From IMG/VR virus record IMGVR_UViG_3300030372_001522, positions 1 through 37,800 of that record: 37,800 nt of DNA; one strand, given 5' to 3'. The position numbers and the translations under genes were made by a program. Positions 26,154 to 35,000 of this stretch are shown here, one piece after another. Source of the DNA: a virus (taxonomy: Duplodnaviria; Caudoviricetes). Under the pieces are notes generated by a model. It was not told where the DNA came from, did no database searches, and saw nothing but the letters and a program-made list of their open reading frames with translations. Every line of letters begins with the position of its first letter. Position 1 is the first letter of the stretch.

Positions 26154-27151
26154 TATGATGCTTGGTCAAATTCAATTACATTAGCTGAACCATCACTAAC
26201 ACCCTGCATAGCAACATCTAACATCATTGCATCGCCTTCATTAAAAGTAACATCTGTTAAAAATCCATCAGGCATTGATATACCGCAGTTGTTACTTGCT
26301 TGTGGTATAGCAAAAAAGTTACCTTCAGTTACTGCTGTTTGAGTATTAAGACTATTATATAATGGTCTAGTAACTGAATCATATTTAACTGTTGCATTTG
26401 CTGTAACTGTAAATTCTGCACCTCTAGCAAAAGAATGGTAACCGCTAGAAGAAAATCCTGTATATACAGCAGGGCTTTCTATTGTAGTGCTAAAGCTACT
26501 TATTACAGGTGCTTGTATCGCACCAACATAAATATCAGCAGATGTAGCACTTATTAATGAAATTAATCCAGATCCATAAGCTGTTCCATCCTCTGCATCA
26601 GTATTATTAGTAATTGGGTTTCTTCCACTTGATATAGTAGCTTCAAATTTATATAAACCGCCATCAGCAGTCATATCAGCACTTATGCTAAAACTAGTGC
26701 ATAAACACCCAACCATTACTGTATTATATCCATCTGTTGTATCAGGTGGAGCTAATACCAAAGTAAAAGTTTTATCTCCTTCTGATGTTCCATATTTACC
26801 TGACTTACCAGTAGGTGTAGCTCCTAAAACCACATCTGCAACAGCAGTCCCTATTGAAGAGCCTGTTACACTTTGCATTAAAATTGTTGTTCCTACATCT
26901 TTATGAAAAGTACCTGATAAAGATACTTCTAATGCTCTAATTTCATTATCTTGAAAAAAATCATTTACATGTAAAACCCTGCCAGAGCGTGACCTATTTG
27001 CTGTAACTTGATTTGGGCTTAAACTTGGAAAAGAAACTGAGTCTACATCTAATTGATACAGCCCCGATGTTAATGTTGGAGCTGTTCCAGTTGTAGCCTC
27101 CTCTATTACCCAAGCCTTAAAATCTCTTGGTGAAAAAACTGCGTTAGCCAT
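26153..27151 (-). CDS. Major tail tube protein
   Basis: 332 aa Thr/Ser/Gly-rich; position between terminator-like gene and chaperones. Confidence 0.75.
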   Translation of the reverse strand: MANAVFSPRDFKAWVIEEATTGTAPTLTSGLYQLDVDSVSFPSLSPNQVTANRSRSGRVLHVNDFFQDNEIRALEVSLSGTFHKDVGTTILMQSVTGSSIGTAVADVVLGATPTGKSGKYGTSEGDKTFTLVLAPPDTTDGYNTVMVGCLCTSFSISADMTADGGLYKFEATISSGRNPITNNTDAEDGTAYGSGLISLISATSADIYVGAIQAPVISSFSTTIESPAVYTGFSSSGYHSFARGAEFTVTANATVKYDSVTRPLYNSLNTQTAVTEGNFFAIPQASNNCGISMPDGFLTDVTFNEGDAMMLDVAMQGVSDGSANVIEFDQAS

Positions 27152-27317
27152 TTTCTATCTCCTTTTTTTTACTTTCTATTTTATCTTTAATTTGCTTTGG
27201 TATCTCACTTAATTCAACACTTTTACCTTGATTAAGAGCCACCCAATCTTTATAAGCTAAATCACAATAGTTGTTATTAGAAGATAGCTTTTCATCTTTT
27301 TTTAACTTTACTTTCAT
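27144..27317 (-). CDS. Small hypothetical protein (57 aa)
   Basis: Manually translated, MKVKLKKDEKLSSNNNYCDL...; SD AAGGA. Confidence 0.65.
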   Translation of the reverse strand: MKVKLKKDEKLSSNNNYCDLAYKDWVALNQGKSVELSEIPKQIKDKIESKKKEIENG

Positions 27318-27335
27318 ATCGTATTCCTTATTACT

Positions 27336-27767
27336 TTATGATATGTTTCCTAAAAATTTACCTCTCCATTCCCATCTCATAACATTTAGTCCCTCAATAA
27401 CTTCTTCATCTTCTTCTCTCTCGTTAATACGGCAATTTAATAACCTGCCGTCAAAGTAGACATTATGTTCATTCTGAAAGAACAGAGCTTCTATGTGTGA
27501 TATTTGGCGAAATATATGTTCCCAAGTATCCTTTTTGACTGTTTTTTCCTTGAAAGTATACGATACATCTAGTATATATTCTCTCATTTCTGCTGTAGAC
27601 ATACGTTCAATCAAATCCGTGCCTACAGGATTAAGTCTTATAGACTGGTTACCCATGTCTTTAAATTCTCCTGTATAAACAGGAATACTACCAGCGAACT
27701 CAGTATTTAAAAAAGTCCTAATAGTATCTAATATTTTGTCATCCCATATATTAACAAATGAAATCAT
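27336..27767 (-). CDS. Putative tail terminator/completion protein
   Basis: 143 aa; size and position upstream of the tail tube. Confidence 0.55.
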   Translation of the reverse strand: MISFVNIWDDKILDTIRTFLNTEFAGSIPVYTGEFKDMGNQSIRLNPVGTDLIERMSTAEMREYILDVSYTFKEKTVKKDTWEHIFRQISHIEALFFQNEHNVYFDGRLLNCRINEREEDEEVIEGLNVMRWEWRGKFLGNIS

Positions 27768-28714
27768 CTACGAGTCATCCTAATAGAGTAAGGCATCCCT
27801 GCATCATCTACAGATTCATTCTTACCAAAAAACTCTATCTCCCATTTATCATTTAAAGTTGCTGTATCAGCAGTATCTCCTGCAAATCTTATATAGACAT
27901 CACTAGCCAATGCTTGATATTGTCCATTAATTGTTTCTATATAGTCAGCAGTTTCTCCGTTATTCATTCTTTCAGCACCTAAGTTATCTGCATCTTTATG
28001 CCATACGGAATATTTAGCAGTCCCCATAGCTCCAGCAGTAGTAATTTTTACTCCTACCCTATCATATATATCGTGATAGTGACCTCTGGTATCTACTAAA
28101 TTAATAGCACCACTTACAGACACTTGCCTAATAACTCCTTTACTAGAGTCCCCTGTAACTTGCCAAGATAATTTTGTTGATCCATCATTTAATGATGCTA
28201 TGTTTCTATCTGCCTCTTCAAATAAAGCATTTGATATTTCAGATGTAGGATCGTTTGCTCTAATAAGAAATGAACAAGCAAGTAAAGCTGTGGTTCTTAC
28301 AATCATATAGTCGTAATTACCATCTTTATCTTTAAATTGTTTTCTGGGTAGTCTGCCATCCAACCTAGAATCAAGGTATTTTTCGGCATTTGAAATATAG
28401 CGTGTTTTTAATGTTGCCCAATCATCTCCAGACTCCATTAACATATCATTAGGGTTAGTGGCACTATTGTAATAGTAAACAGCATCTAAGGAAGATTCAT
28501 AAAACCACTCTCCATTAGAATCAACTACCCCACTATTTGCTTGAGCAGAGCCTAAATCTTGCCCATTAGCAAAAAGCTGTGTTACTAAACCACTGTTATC
28601 AGCCCTATATAGATTACTGCTATGAACTACCCAGCCATATAAAGCTGTTTTAGTGTCAAACTCATCTATTGATGGGAATATATCTTTTAAATCTCTATTT
28701 GTACAATATGCCAT
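27764..28714 (-). CDS. Head-tail adaptor-like protein with extra domains
   Basis: MAYCT..DL N-terminus and I.NA..YLDSRL..R helix typical of Mu gp36-like connectors, but 316 aa long. Confidence 0.5.
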   Translation of the reverse strand: MAYCTNRDLKDIFPSIDEFDTKTALYGWVVHSSNLYRADNSGLVTQLFANGQDLGSAQANSGVVDSNGEWFYESSLDAVYYYNSATNPNDMLMESGDDWATLKTRYISNAEKYLDSRLDGRLPRKQFKDKDGNYDYMIVRTTALLACSFLIRANDPTSEISNALFEEADRNIASLNDGSTKLSWQVTGDSSKGVIRQVSVSGAINLVDTRGHYHDIYDRVGVKITTAGAMGTAKYSVWHKDADNLGAERMNNGETADYIETINGQYQALASDVYIRFAGDTADTATLNDKWEIEFFGKNESVDDAGMPYSIRMTRR

Positions 28715-28723
28715 AGTGTTCCT

Positions 28724-28752
28724 ATATTACTCTTTTATCCTCTTTAATACAA
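28724..28752 (-). promoter_or_regulatory. Putative promoter for the tail genes
   Basis: TTGTAT-N17-TAATAT. Confidence 0.45.
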
Positions 28753-28769
28753 TACAAAAAGTTAAACAT

Positions 28770-29150
28770 CTAACTTTTTAATTCAATATGTACTAGGTCG
28801 TCAAAATTATTATCTTTAGTTTGTCCATCACTATCCCAATCACATCCAACCCTAACAGGTATTTTCATTACATGAGCAATACCTCTAAGCATTCCACACA
28901 TATAGTGAAATGTGTCTCTATCATCCCAATCAATGGGATAGGGGGCAAGGTCTACAGCCTTACCTTCAATATGCTTTGAATATTTCGTCTTACTAGCACC
29001 CTTAGCAACTAACTCATCCTGCCTATCTTGTGTCCTTACCCCCTCTATAATGGTTACATCCATTATTTTGATAAGTTCGTTCAAGACAAATATTAGCTCA
29101 GGCTTTACACCTTTTAATCGCTCTCTAGATCTTTTACCGAACCTATACAT
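28770..29150 (-). CDS. Endolysin, M15 L-alanyl-D-glutamate peptidase type
   Basis: EGVRT..RQ, SKH..GKAVD and DLVHIEL zinc-peptidase motifs. Confidence 0.9.
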   Translation of the reverse strand: MYRFGKRSRERLKGVKPELIFVLNELIKIMDVTIIEGVRTQDRQDELVAKGASKTKYSKHIEGKAVDLAPYPIDWDDRDTFHYMCGMLRGIAHVMKIPVRVGCDWDSDGQTKDNNFDDLVHIELKS

Positions 29151-29236
29151 TACTTTTTCTTTCTTTTGGATTTAACTTTTTTTCTTTTTTTCATGGGCTT
29201 CTTTTTGCCGAAACCATAGCCTTTCCCTTTTGGCAT
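29150..29236 (-). CDS. 28-aa highly basic peptide
   Basis: MPKGKGYGFGKKKPMKKRKKVKSKRKKK; stop overlaps the endolysin ATG (TAATG). Confidence 0.6.
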   Translation of the reverse strand: MPKGKGYGFGKKKPMKKRKKVKSKRKKK

Positions 29237-29237
29237 A

Positions 29238-29369
29238 CTATTTCCCCTTTTTCTTTATCTTTTTAATTTTGCCATTTTTTGTTCTAGCAAATTTGTGTGT
29301 TTTAGTTTCTCTAATTAATTTACCTGAGTATCTTTTATTACCCCATTTCCAACTTACTGTTTTAGCCAT
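29238..29369 (-). CDS. 43-aa highly basic peptide
   Basis: MAKTVSWKWGNKRYSGKLIRETKTHKFARTKNGKIKKIKKKGK; TAATG coupling to the upstream gene. Confidence 0.65.
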   Translation of the reverse strand: MAKTVSWKWGNKRYSGKLIRETKTHKFARTKNGKIKKIKKKGK

Positions 29370-29671
29370 TACCACTTTACCTTATTTGCCCAATAAGCCC
29401 CAGACATTTTGCCTCTAGCGATGTTTTTTCTATGCCTTGCTTTAAATGATTTACGCTTTGCTTTCATTCTTGCAGACTCTCCTTTTTTAGGCTTACCTGC
29501 TGTTTTAGCTCCTTTTTGCCCAAATCTTATAAGCTTTACTTTACTACCTACTTTAGCAAGAACAACATGAGATTTAGTCTTATGACCTCTGGTTCTTTTG
29601 GGTTTATTATAACCACTTAATCCAAACCTAGCTAATCTAGGATCTCTTTTGCTTTTCTTTTTTCTAGGCAT
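29369..29671 (-). CDS. Highly basic conserved phage protein
   Basis: KLIRFGQ...RKSFKARH...AYWA.K.KW motif pattern. Confidence 0.75.
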   Translation of the reverse strand: MPRKKKSKRDPRLARFGLSGYNKPKRTRGHKTKSHVVLAKVGSKVKLIRFGQKGAKTAGKPKKGESARMKAKRKSFKARHRKNIARGKMSGAYWANKVKW

Positions 29672-29898
29672 TATTTTCCTTTAAATAAACCTTCTACTAC
29701 ATCCGCAACTAAATCAACACATTTTTCAAAAAAGATTTGCTCTTTTTCTTCATCAACAAAAGGTATGTCAATTTTTGCATTAATTTTAGTAGCTAGTTCT
29801 TCTTGAAATTCATCAGACTGAACCCATGCTACTGCTTTTTCTTTAAATTGGTCTGCTTGAGACTCTGCTACCGATAACATTATTGCTTTAAAATCCAT
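29671..29898 (-). CDS. Acidic hypothetical protein
   Basis: 75 aa; IN..IDIPFV.E motif. Confidence 0.7.
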   Translation of the reverse strand: MDFKAIMLSVAESQADQFKEKAVAWVQSDEFQEELATKINAKIDIPFVDEEKEQIFFEKCVDLVADVVEGLFKGK

Positions 29899-29900
29899 TA

Positions 29901-30041
29901 TTATTTCCTTGTATTATTTATTTTAATTAATAAGTAAATGATTGTAAGAAATGCTACAATACATTGTAATGTTAAACTTATATTTGTTAATGACAACCCA
30001 TAGTTGCCAATACTTGCTAAAGCTACCTTTGTACTATCCAT
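29901..30041 (-). CDS. Small membrane protein, holin candidate (46 aa)
   Basis: Manually translated, MDSTKVALASIGNYGLSLTNISLTLQCIVAFLTIIYLLIKINNTRK. Confidence 0.6.
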   Translation of the reverse strand: MDSTKVALASIGNYGLSLTNISLTLQCIVAFLTIIYLLIKINNTRK

Positions 30042-30358
30042 TATCTTTTTCCATTTACTCTGCTTAAAGAACCTTTTATTTCAGAAACTTGATTATCTAA
30101 ATCATTAATTTCTTTATTTAACCCATCAAATTTTCTATCTAATTTATCATCAGATTGATTCCATCGATTAATTAATTTAATAATCATGCCTTCTGTATTT
30201 TCTAATGTTTCTGATTGTCCTTTATTTTCTATTTGTAAATCTTGTAGTGCTTGAGCTTGTTCATTACCTCTTTTATTCATTGAATAAACCATGAATACAA
30301 ACATCGCTCCTACAACTCCGATCATCCCAGCTTCTGAATATATTGCTAAAAAATCCAC
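30041..30358 (-). CDS. TM plus coiled-coil protein (holin/BhlA- or spanin-like)
   Basis: N-terminal TM then coiled coil; in the lysis cluster. Confidence 0.6.
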   Translation of the reverse strand: MDFLAIYSEAGMIGVVGAMFVFMVYSMNKRGNEQAQALQDLQIENKGQSETLENTEGMIIKLINRWNQSDDKLDRKFDGLNKEINDLDNQVSEIKGSLSRVNGKR

Positions 30359-30422
30359 TATCTTTTTCTCCGCAACTCTCTGTTAATAAAGTAATTATGA
30401 TTAAAGTCATCTTCAGTTAAGA

Positions 30423-30746
30423 CTACTTTCTTTTCCTTTTTTTCTTTCCCCAAGATAAAGGATTTAAATTTAATTCTGTTTGATACCATTCTAACTGTTC
30501 TTGCATCTGTGTTATTTTGACTTCTTCTTCTGCTATATGCTTATTGACAAGTTCTTCAATTCTGGAATTAGCACTTCCCATTGATTGCTCAAGAGATTTA
30601 ATTCTGTTTTCAATACGTAAGTACCCCAACACAATAAGAGCAACTCCGACAATAATTTGCCCAAGCCACTTAATGTTAAGACTAATACGAAAGTTGTCAT
30701 CAATCTTTGCCATCCCATATGATCTGTACGTTTTCTCATCACTCAT
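30423..30746 (-). CDS. TM plus coiled-coil protein
   Basis: Single TM, coiled coil, basic C-terminus. Confidence 0.65.
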   Translation of the reverse strand: MSDEKTYRSYGMAKIDDNFRISLNIKWLGQIIVGVALIVLGYLRIENRIKSLEQSMGSANSRIEELVNKHIAEEEVKITQMQEQLEWYQTELNLNPLSWGKKKRKRK

Positions 30747-31237
30747 GGTTTATAATATCTATAAAAATCTTCTACATTTTCTATATCTACTACTACAAAT
30801 ATAGGAGATACAATGCTGTTTCCAGTGCCATCTCCACCTATTATAGCATAAGCATATAAACCATTTTGATAAGGACTTTTAATTGTATCATTATCAAATA
30901 AATGTAAAAAACTTGTATCACTAAAAACTGGCAAAAACTCAGCATCTAGTATCTCATCAATTTCAATTCTTCTGTTATTATTATAATCCACTAATGTGCC
31001 CACACTACTAGTTCTATGTGACTGACTTGGAAACTTACCCATGCCATTTACTTCAACTTGCTGGTTATACCACATCTGAGATGCTTTAACAATTTTTTCA
31101 AGGTTAGCTTTAGTTTGTTTAGCCTTAGCACCTTCGCCAATCCTACTAAAAGCAGGAGCGGAAGTAACAGTAAGAGTAGCCATGATAGCCATAGTAACTG
31201 CGAACTCAGCAAGACTGTTTCCTTTATTATTTAACAA
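30743..31237 (-). CDS. Type IV pilin/pseudopilin-like protein
   Basis: Class III signal MLNNKG|NSLAE with Glu+5, hydrophobic helix and Pro+22, followed by an amphipathic helix. Confidence 0.8.
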   Translation of the reverse strand: MLNNKGNSLAEFAVTMAIMATLTVTSAPAFSRIGEGAKAKQTKANLEKIVKASQMWYNQQVEVNGMGKFPSQSHRTSSVGTLVDYNNNRRIEIDEILDAEFLPVFSDTSFLHLFDNDTIKSPYQNGLYAYAIIGGDGTGNSIVSPIFVVVDIENVEDFYRYYKP

Positions 31238-31514
31238 CTTTTGCTACTCCATCAACTAAAGTATGTTTACCTATTTTTAATATGCCAGTTGTATCATCGT
31301 AATGTTTTTTGCACTCATCATCATAAGCGGATTGAGCGGTAATCCAAGAATCAGTTCTTTTCACTACCGCCCCATCACTTGTCACAATATAAGACTTGTT
31401 CTGTGCATCAAATGATACTGTTTCATCTTTGCTAAACTTATAAGAAACATTTTCTTTAGTTCTTGGCTTAAAGATGTATATTTTTTTACCTTTTGATGAC
31501 CTACGAACAAGCAT
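31227..31514 (-). CDS. Hypothetical protein
   Basis: 95-aa coupled ORF. Confidence 0.7.
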   Translation of the reverse strand: MLVRRSSKGKKIYIFKPRTKENVSYKFSKDETVSFDAQNKSYIVTSDGAVVKRTDSWITAQSAYDDECKKHYDDTTGILKIGKHTLVDGVAKVVK

Positions 31515-31738
31515 TACTTTTCTTCTTCTACCTCATCCTCAGAATCTAAAGATTCCTTTAGCTTGTTGATAAAAGCTTCTTTTCCAATGTTTAATTGGTC
31601 TAGATTAAAAGCCATTGAGCCTATCTTATTCTCAAGATCTGCAATATGATTTACCATTGCTTTTTGTTCATCAGTTAGGTCATCTATTTCATATTCTTTA
31701 TCAAACAGATTTAGCTTTTGTTTTTCTTTTTTAGCCAT
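31514..31738 (-). CDS. Coiled-coil hypothetical protein
   Basis: 74 aa; KEYEIDDLTDEQK motif; follows the fibre genes. Confidence 0.7.
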   Translation of the reverse strand: MAKKEKQKLNLFDKEYEIDDLTDEQKAMVNHIADLENKIGSMAFNLDQLNIGKEAFINKLKESLDSEDEVEEEK

Positions 31739-31760
31739 TATTTACTCCTATGGTTATTGA

Positions 31761-32084
31761 TTAAAGTGCTTTTAAATCTTTTTCTAGTTCTTCCCAATCA
31801 GCTTGTTCAGACTGAGCTTCAGATGCTCTATCTTTACAGTGTTGGATTTCTCTAGCAACTTGGTTTAAGCTATAAGACTGAACTGAGTCATCTAGTGCTT
31901 TACCGCTACTAGCATCCCATTGCTTTCTAACTAGTTGTAATTCATCATGTGATTGTTCTGCTTGTGCTTGTCTAACAACATTTCCATCGTCATCTTTGAC
32001 TTCAGAAACAGCTTTAGAATCAACAACTTTAGCTTTCTTTACAGACCAGCTTTTAGCAGACTTCATTGCTTTATAGTTTTTCAT
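31761..32084 (-). CDS. Hypothetical protein (possible fibre accessory)
   Basis: 107 aa directly downstream of the tail fibre. Confidence 0.65.
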   Translation of the reverse strand: MKNYKAMKSAKSWSVKKAKVVDSKAVSEVKDDDGNVVRQAQAEQSHDELQLVRKQWDASSGKALDDSVQSYSLNQVAREIQHCKDRASEAQSEQADWEELEKDLKAL

Positions 32085-35000
32085 TTACTTGTCCTCTAAT
32101 TGTTTTTTGAGTTGTTTTACTTCAGCAGATAACTCTTGAACTGCATTTACTAATGCCCAAATCATTGGTTCTTGATTAGCGGATAACCATTCGCCATCGT
32201 CTTTAATCATTTCGGGCAAAACTTTTTGTGCTTCTTGAGCGATAATTCCTTGTCGTTTTTTATCGGAATCGTATTTATATGGATTATCTTTTTTAAAGTT
32301 ATATGATACAATTCTTAAATTGTTTATTGCATCTAAACCTACATCCCAATCTTCAACATTTTCTTTTAATCTGCCATCAGATGTTGTACTCCAAGCAGAA
32401 CCATTGTCACCCATATAAACATCAGTTACATTAGAGCCACCAATAATAGCAGTATTATCTCCAACACCAGTTGCTCCACTGCCTATAACTATTTGATGAC
32501 TACCACTACTGCCACTTGCATCTGCATTATACCCTAAAATTGTATTATCCTCACCAGCTACTAAAACATCGCCTGAATTGTAGCCAAGTGACGAGTTTCT
32601 GACTCCGCCTTGAATAGAACCACCCGAACCTCTACCAACTCCTACATTAGAATGTCCTGAAGTAACAGCATCAAGAGCATTAGAACCAATAGCCACATTA
32701 CTATGACCATCAACAATATTTGCTCCAGTTTGCCATCCTAGTAATGTGTTATTATTACCAGTTGTCATATCTAAGCCTGATTGGTAACCAATTGCTGTAT
32801 TGTATCCACCTGAAGTCAGAGCAATAAGAGTTTCGTATCCAATAGCGACTGTTCCAGTTTGGGCATTTGAACCAGTAGCTTTCATTGCATCTCTGCCTAC
32901 CACAACACAACCAGCCATTGCTCCAGTACCGCCACTTCCAGCTTCAAATCCTATGATAATATTATTATCAGACGATGAATTGTTTATTAATTTTCCTGCT
33001 GATGCTCCTAAGACAACATTATTACCCTCTCCACTATCTGCTGTCATCAATGTTTCATAACCAAGAAGCGTATTATTATTACAATTAGTTAATGCTTTTC
33101 CAGCACCATATCCAATAGCAGTAGTTCTTGTTCCTGTTGTAAGTGCAGTAAGAGCGTTTGAACCTATTGCTATTGTTCCTACTTGACCATTTGCTCCAGT
33201 TGAATTTAAAGCCTCATCTCCAATAGCTATGTTATCTGTTACTACAACTTCAGCGTTGTTAAAATCTGTTCCTCTAAATGAGTTATATCCTAATGCTATA
33301 TTTCTATCAAATCTTGTATTAGCGTGAACATCTCCAGTTCCACCTTGAAATGCTTCCATTGCACTTACACCAATTGCAATGTTTTTACTACCAGCGTTAT
33401 TACCATCATCTCCTTTATAATCAGCCATTGCATTAGAACCGATAGCAATGTTATATGCTCCTGCTATTATAGCCTTCATAGAATTTTTACCTATAGCGGT
33501 ATTATCTACTCCAGTTGTTACTCCTGATAAAGAATCACAACCGATTGCTGTATTATTATCTCCTGAAGTAAGAGCTTTTAAGCTATAAACACCGATTGCG
33601 GTATTACGAGCTCCTCCATCTATAGCTCCAGCCATTGAGCCTGAACCAATTGCTGTATTCTTTTCCGATGCACCTACACCATGAGTACCACTTAATGCTT
33701 CGTGACCTATACCAGTATTGTTGTCAGAACCTTGAGATAAATCATAGCCTGATTTATAACCTACCATTACATTATTTGAAGAATTAGCAGCAATAGCCAT
33801 TGATTGATAACCTATTGCAACTGATTGAGCTTCAGTAGCAGCAGTTTTTAATGCTTCATATCCTAGTGCTGTATTTCCAGCACCTGTCGTAAGAGCAACA
33901 AGAGACTGATAACCCACAGCTACTGTTCCACTTGGATCACCTCCTGAAGTAGTTAAGCTACCTGCTAATGCACCTTCTCCTATTGCAGTACACTTATTAA
34001 TAGCTCCTGTAGCTGAACCCATTCCACTTGTTCCTACCACAACATTTTGAGAACCTGATAATGAACCAGCATCAAAAGCTACAGCTCCTACAACTGTATT
34101 ATTACTGCCTGTAGCATTTAATCCAGCATCTTTACCAATGTATGTATTAAAATTAGCATCAGTTTGAGTCGAACCAGCTTTTGCACCTATTGCGACATTA
34201 TTTCCACCAGTAGTAACGGCATATAAACTTTGATAACCAATAGCTGTATTTCCACTTCCTGAAGTCAAATTTTTAAGTGCCTCATAACCAACACCAACAG
34301 AACCATTTGCTCCAGTTGTTAATGTGCCTACACCTAATGCTTTATATCCAATACCAACCATATTGTTAGCAGTACCTTCTTTAAAAACATTATGCCCAAG
34401 ACCAGTATTGTTATCAACATTTGATTGTATTGGATTATTGCCAATAATAATATTATTAGAGCCTGTAGTAATTCCTTCAGCTCCCTCATATCCAATAACT
34501 ATATTTTCATCACCTGATGTTATAGACCTTCCTGCTTTGTATCCAATAGCGATATTTCTTATTGCACCTGAAACAGTACCATTACCCATTGCTAATTCAC
34601 CAATAGCAACATTATAGTCTGATGCATTATCACTACTAGCGTTAAAAGCACTTTTACCAAATACTGTATTACCAGTATTGGAATCATTATTACTAAGACT
34701 AATGCGAGAATTTGCATCAACCATAAATCTCACAAGTCCAGCTACATAAAAACGAGCATCTGTATTAGCACTTGCCCTTATTGCCCAGTCTCCATCGGCA
34801 TCTAAAAATCCTACATTCCCACTATCAGCGTAAACAAAACCATCAGTATTACCATCACTATCTTTAAGTGCAATTCCTGAATTAGAAGCACCACCTTTAA
34901 TTATTAAAGAATCACTATAACCGCCTCCATTAATTTCGAGCTTTGCATTGGGCGAGGTTGTGCCGATGCCAATTTTTCCAGCGGATGATATGTACATTCT

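Noticed and set aside
30400-30420. TTAACTGAAGATGACTTTAAT on the minus strand, nearly identical to the 5' half of hammerhead 1
   Set aside because: No GAAA, stem III or NUH cleavage site follows, so it cannot fold as a hammerhead; probably chance similarity in AT-rich DNA.
30533-30742. Nested 69-aa ORF as an Rz1-like outer-membrane spanin
   Set aside because: The only Cys lies about 38 residues in, without a proper signal peptide or lipobox.
32450-34680. Periodic sequence as a CRISPR array or tandem DNA repeat
   Set aside because: The periodicity is the protein-level NTAIG beta-roll repeat with degenerate codons.
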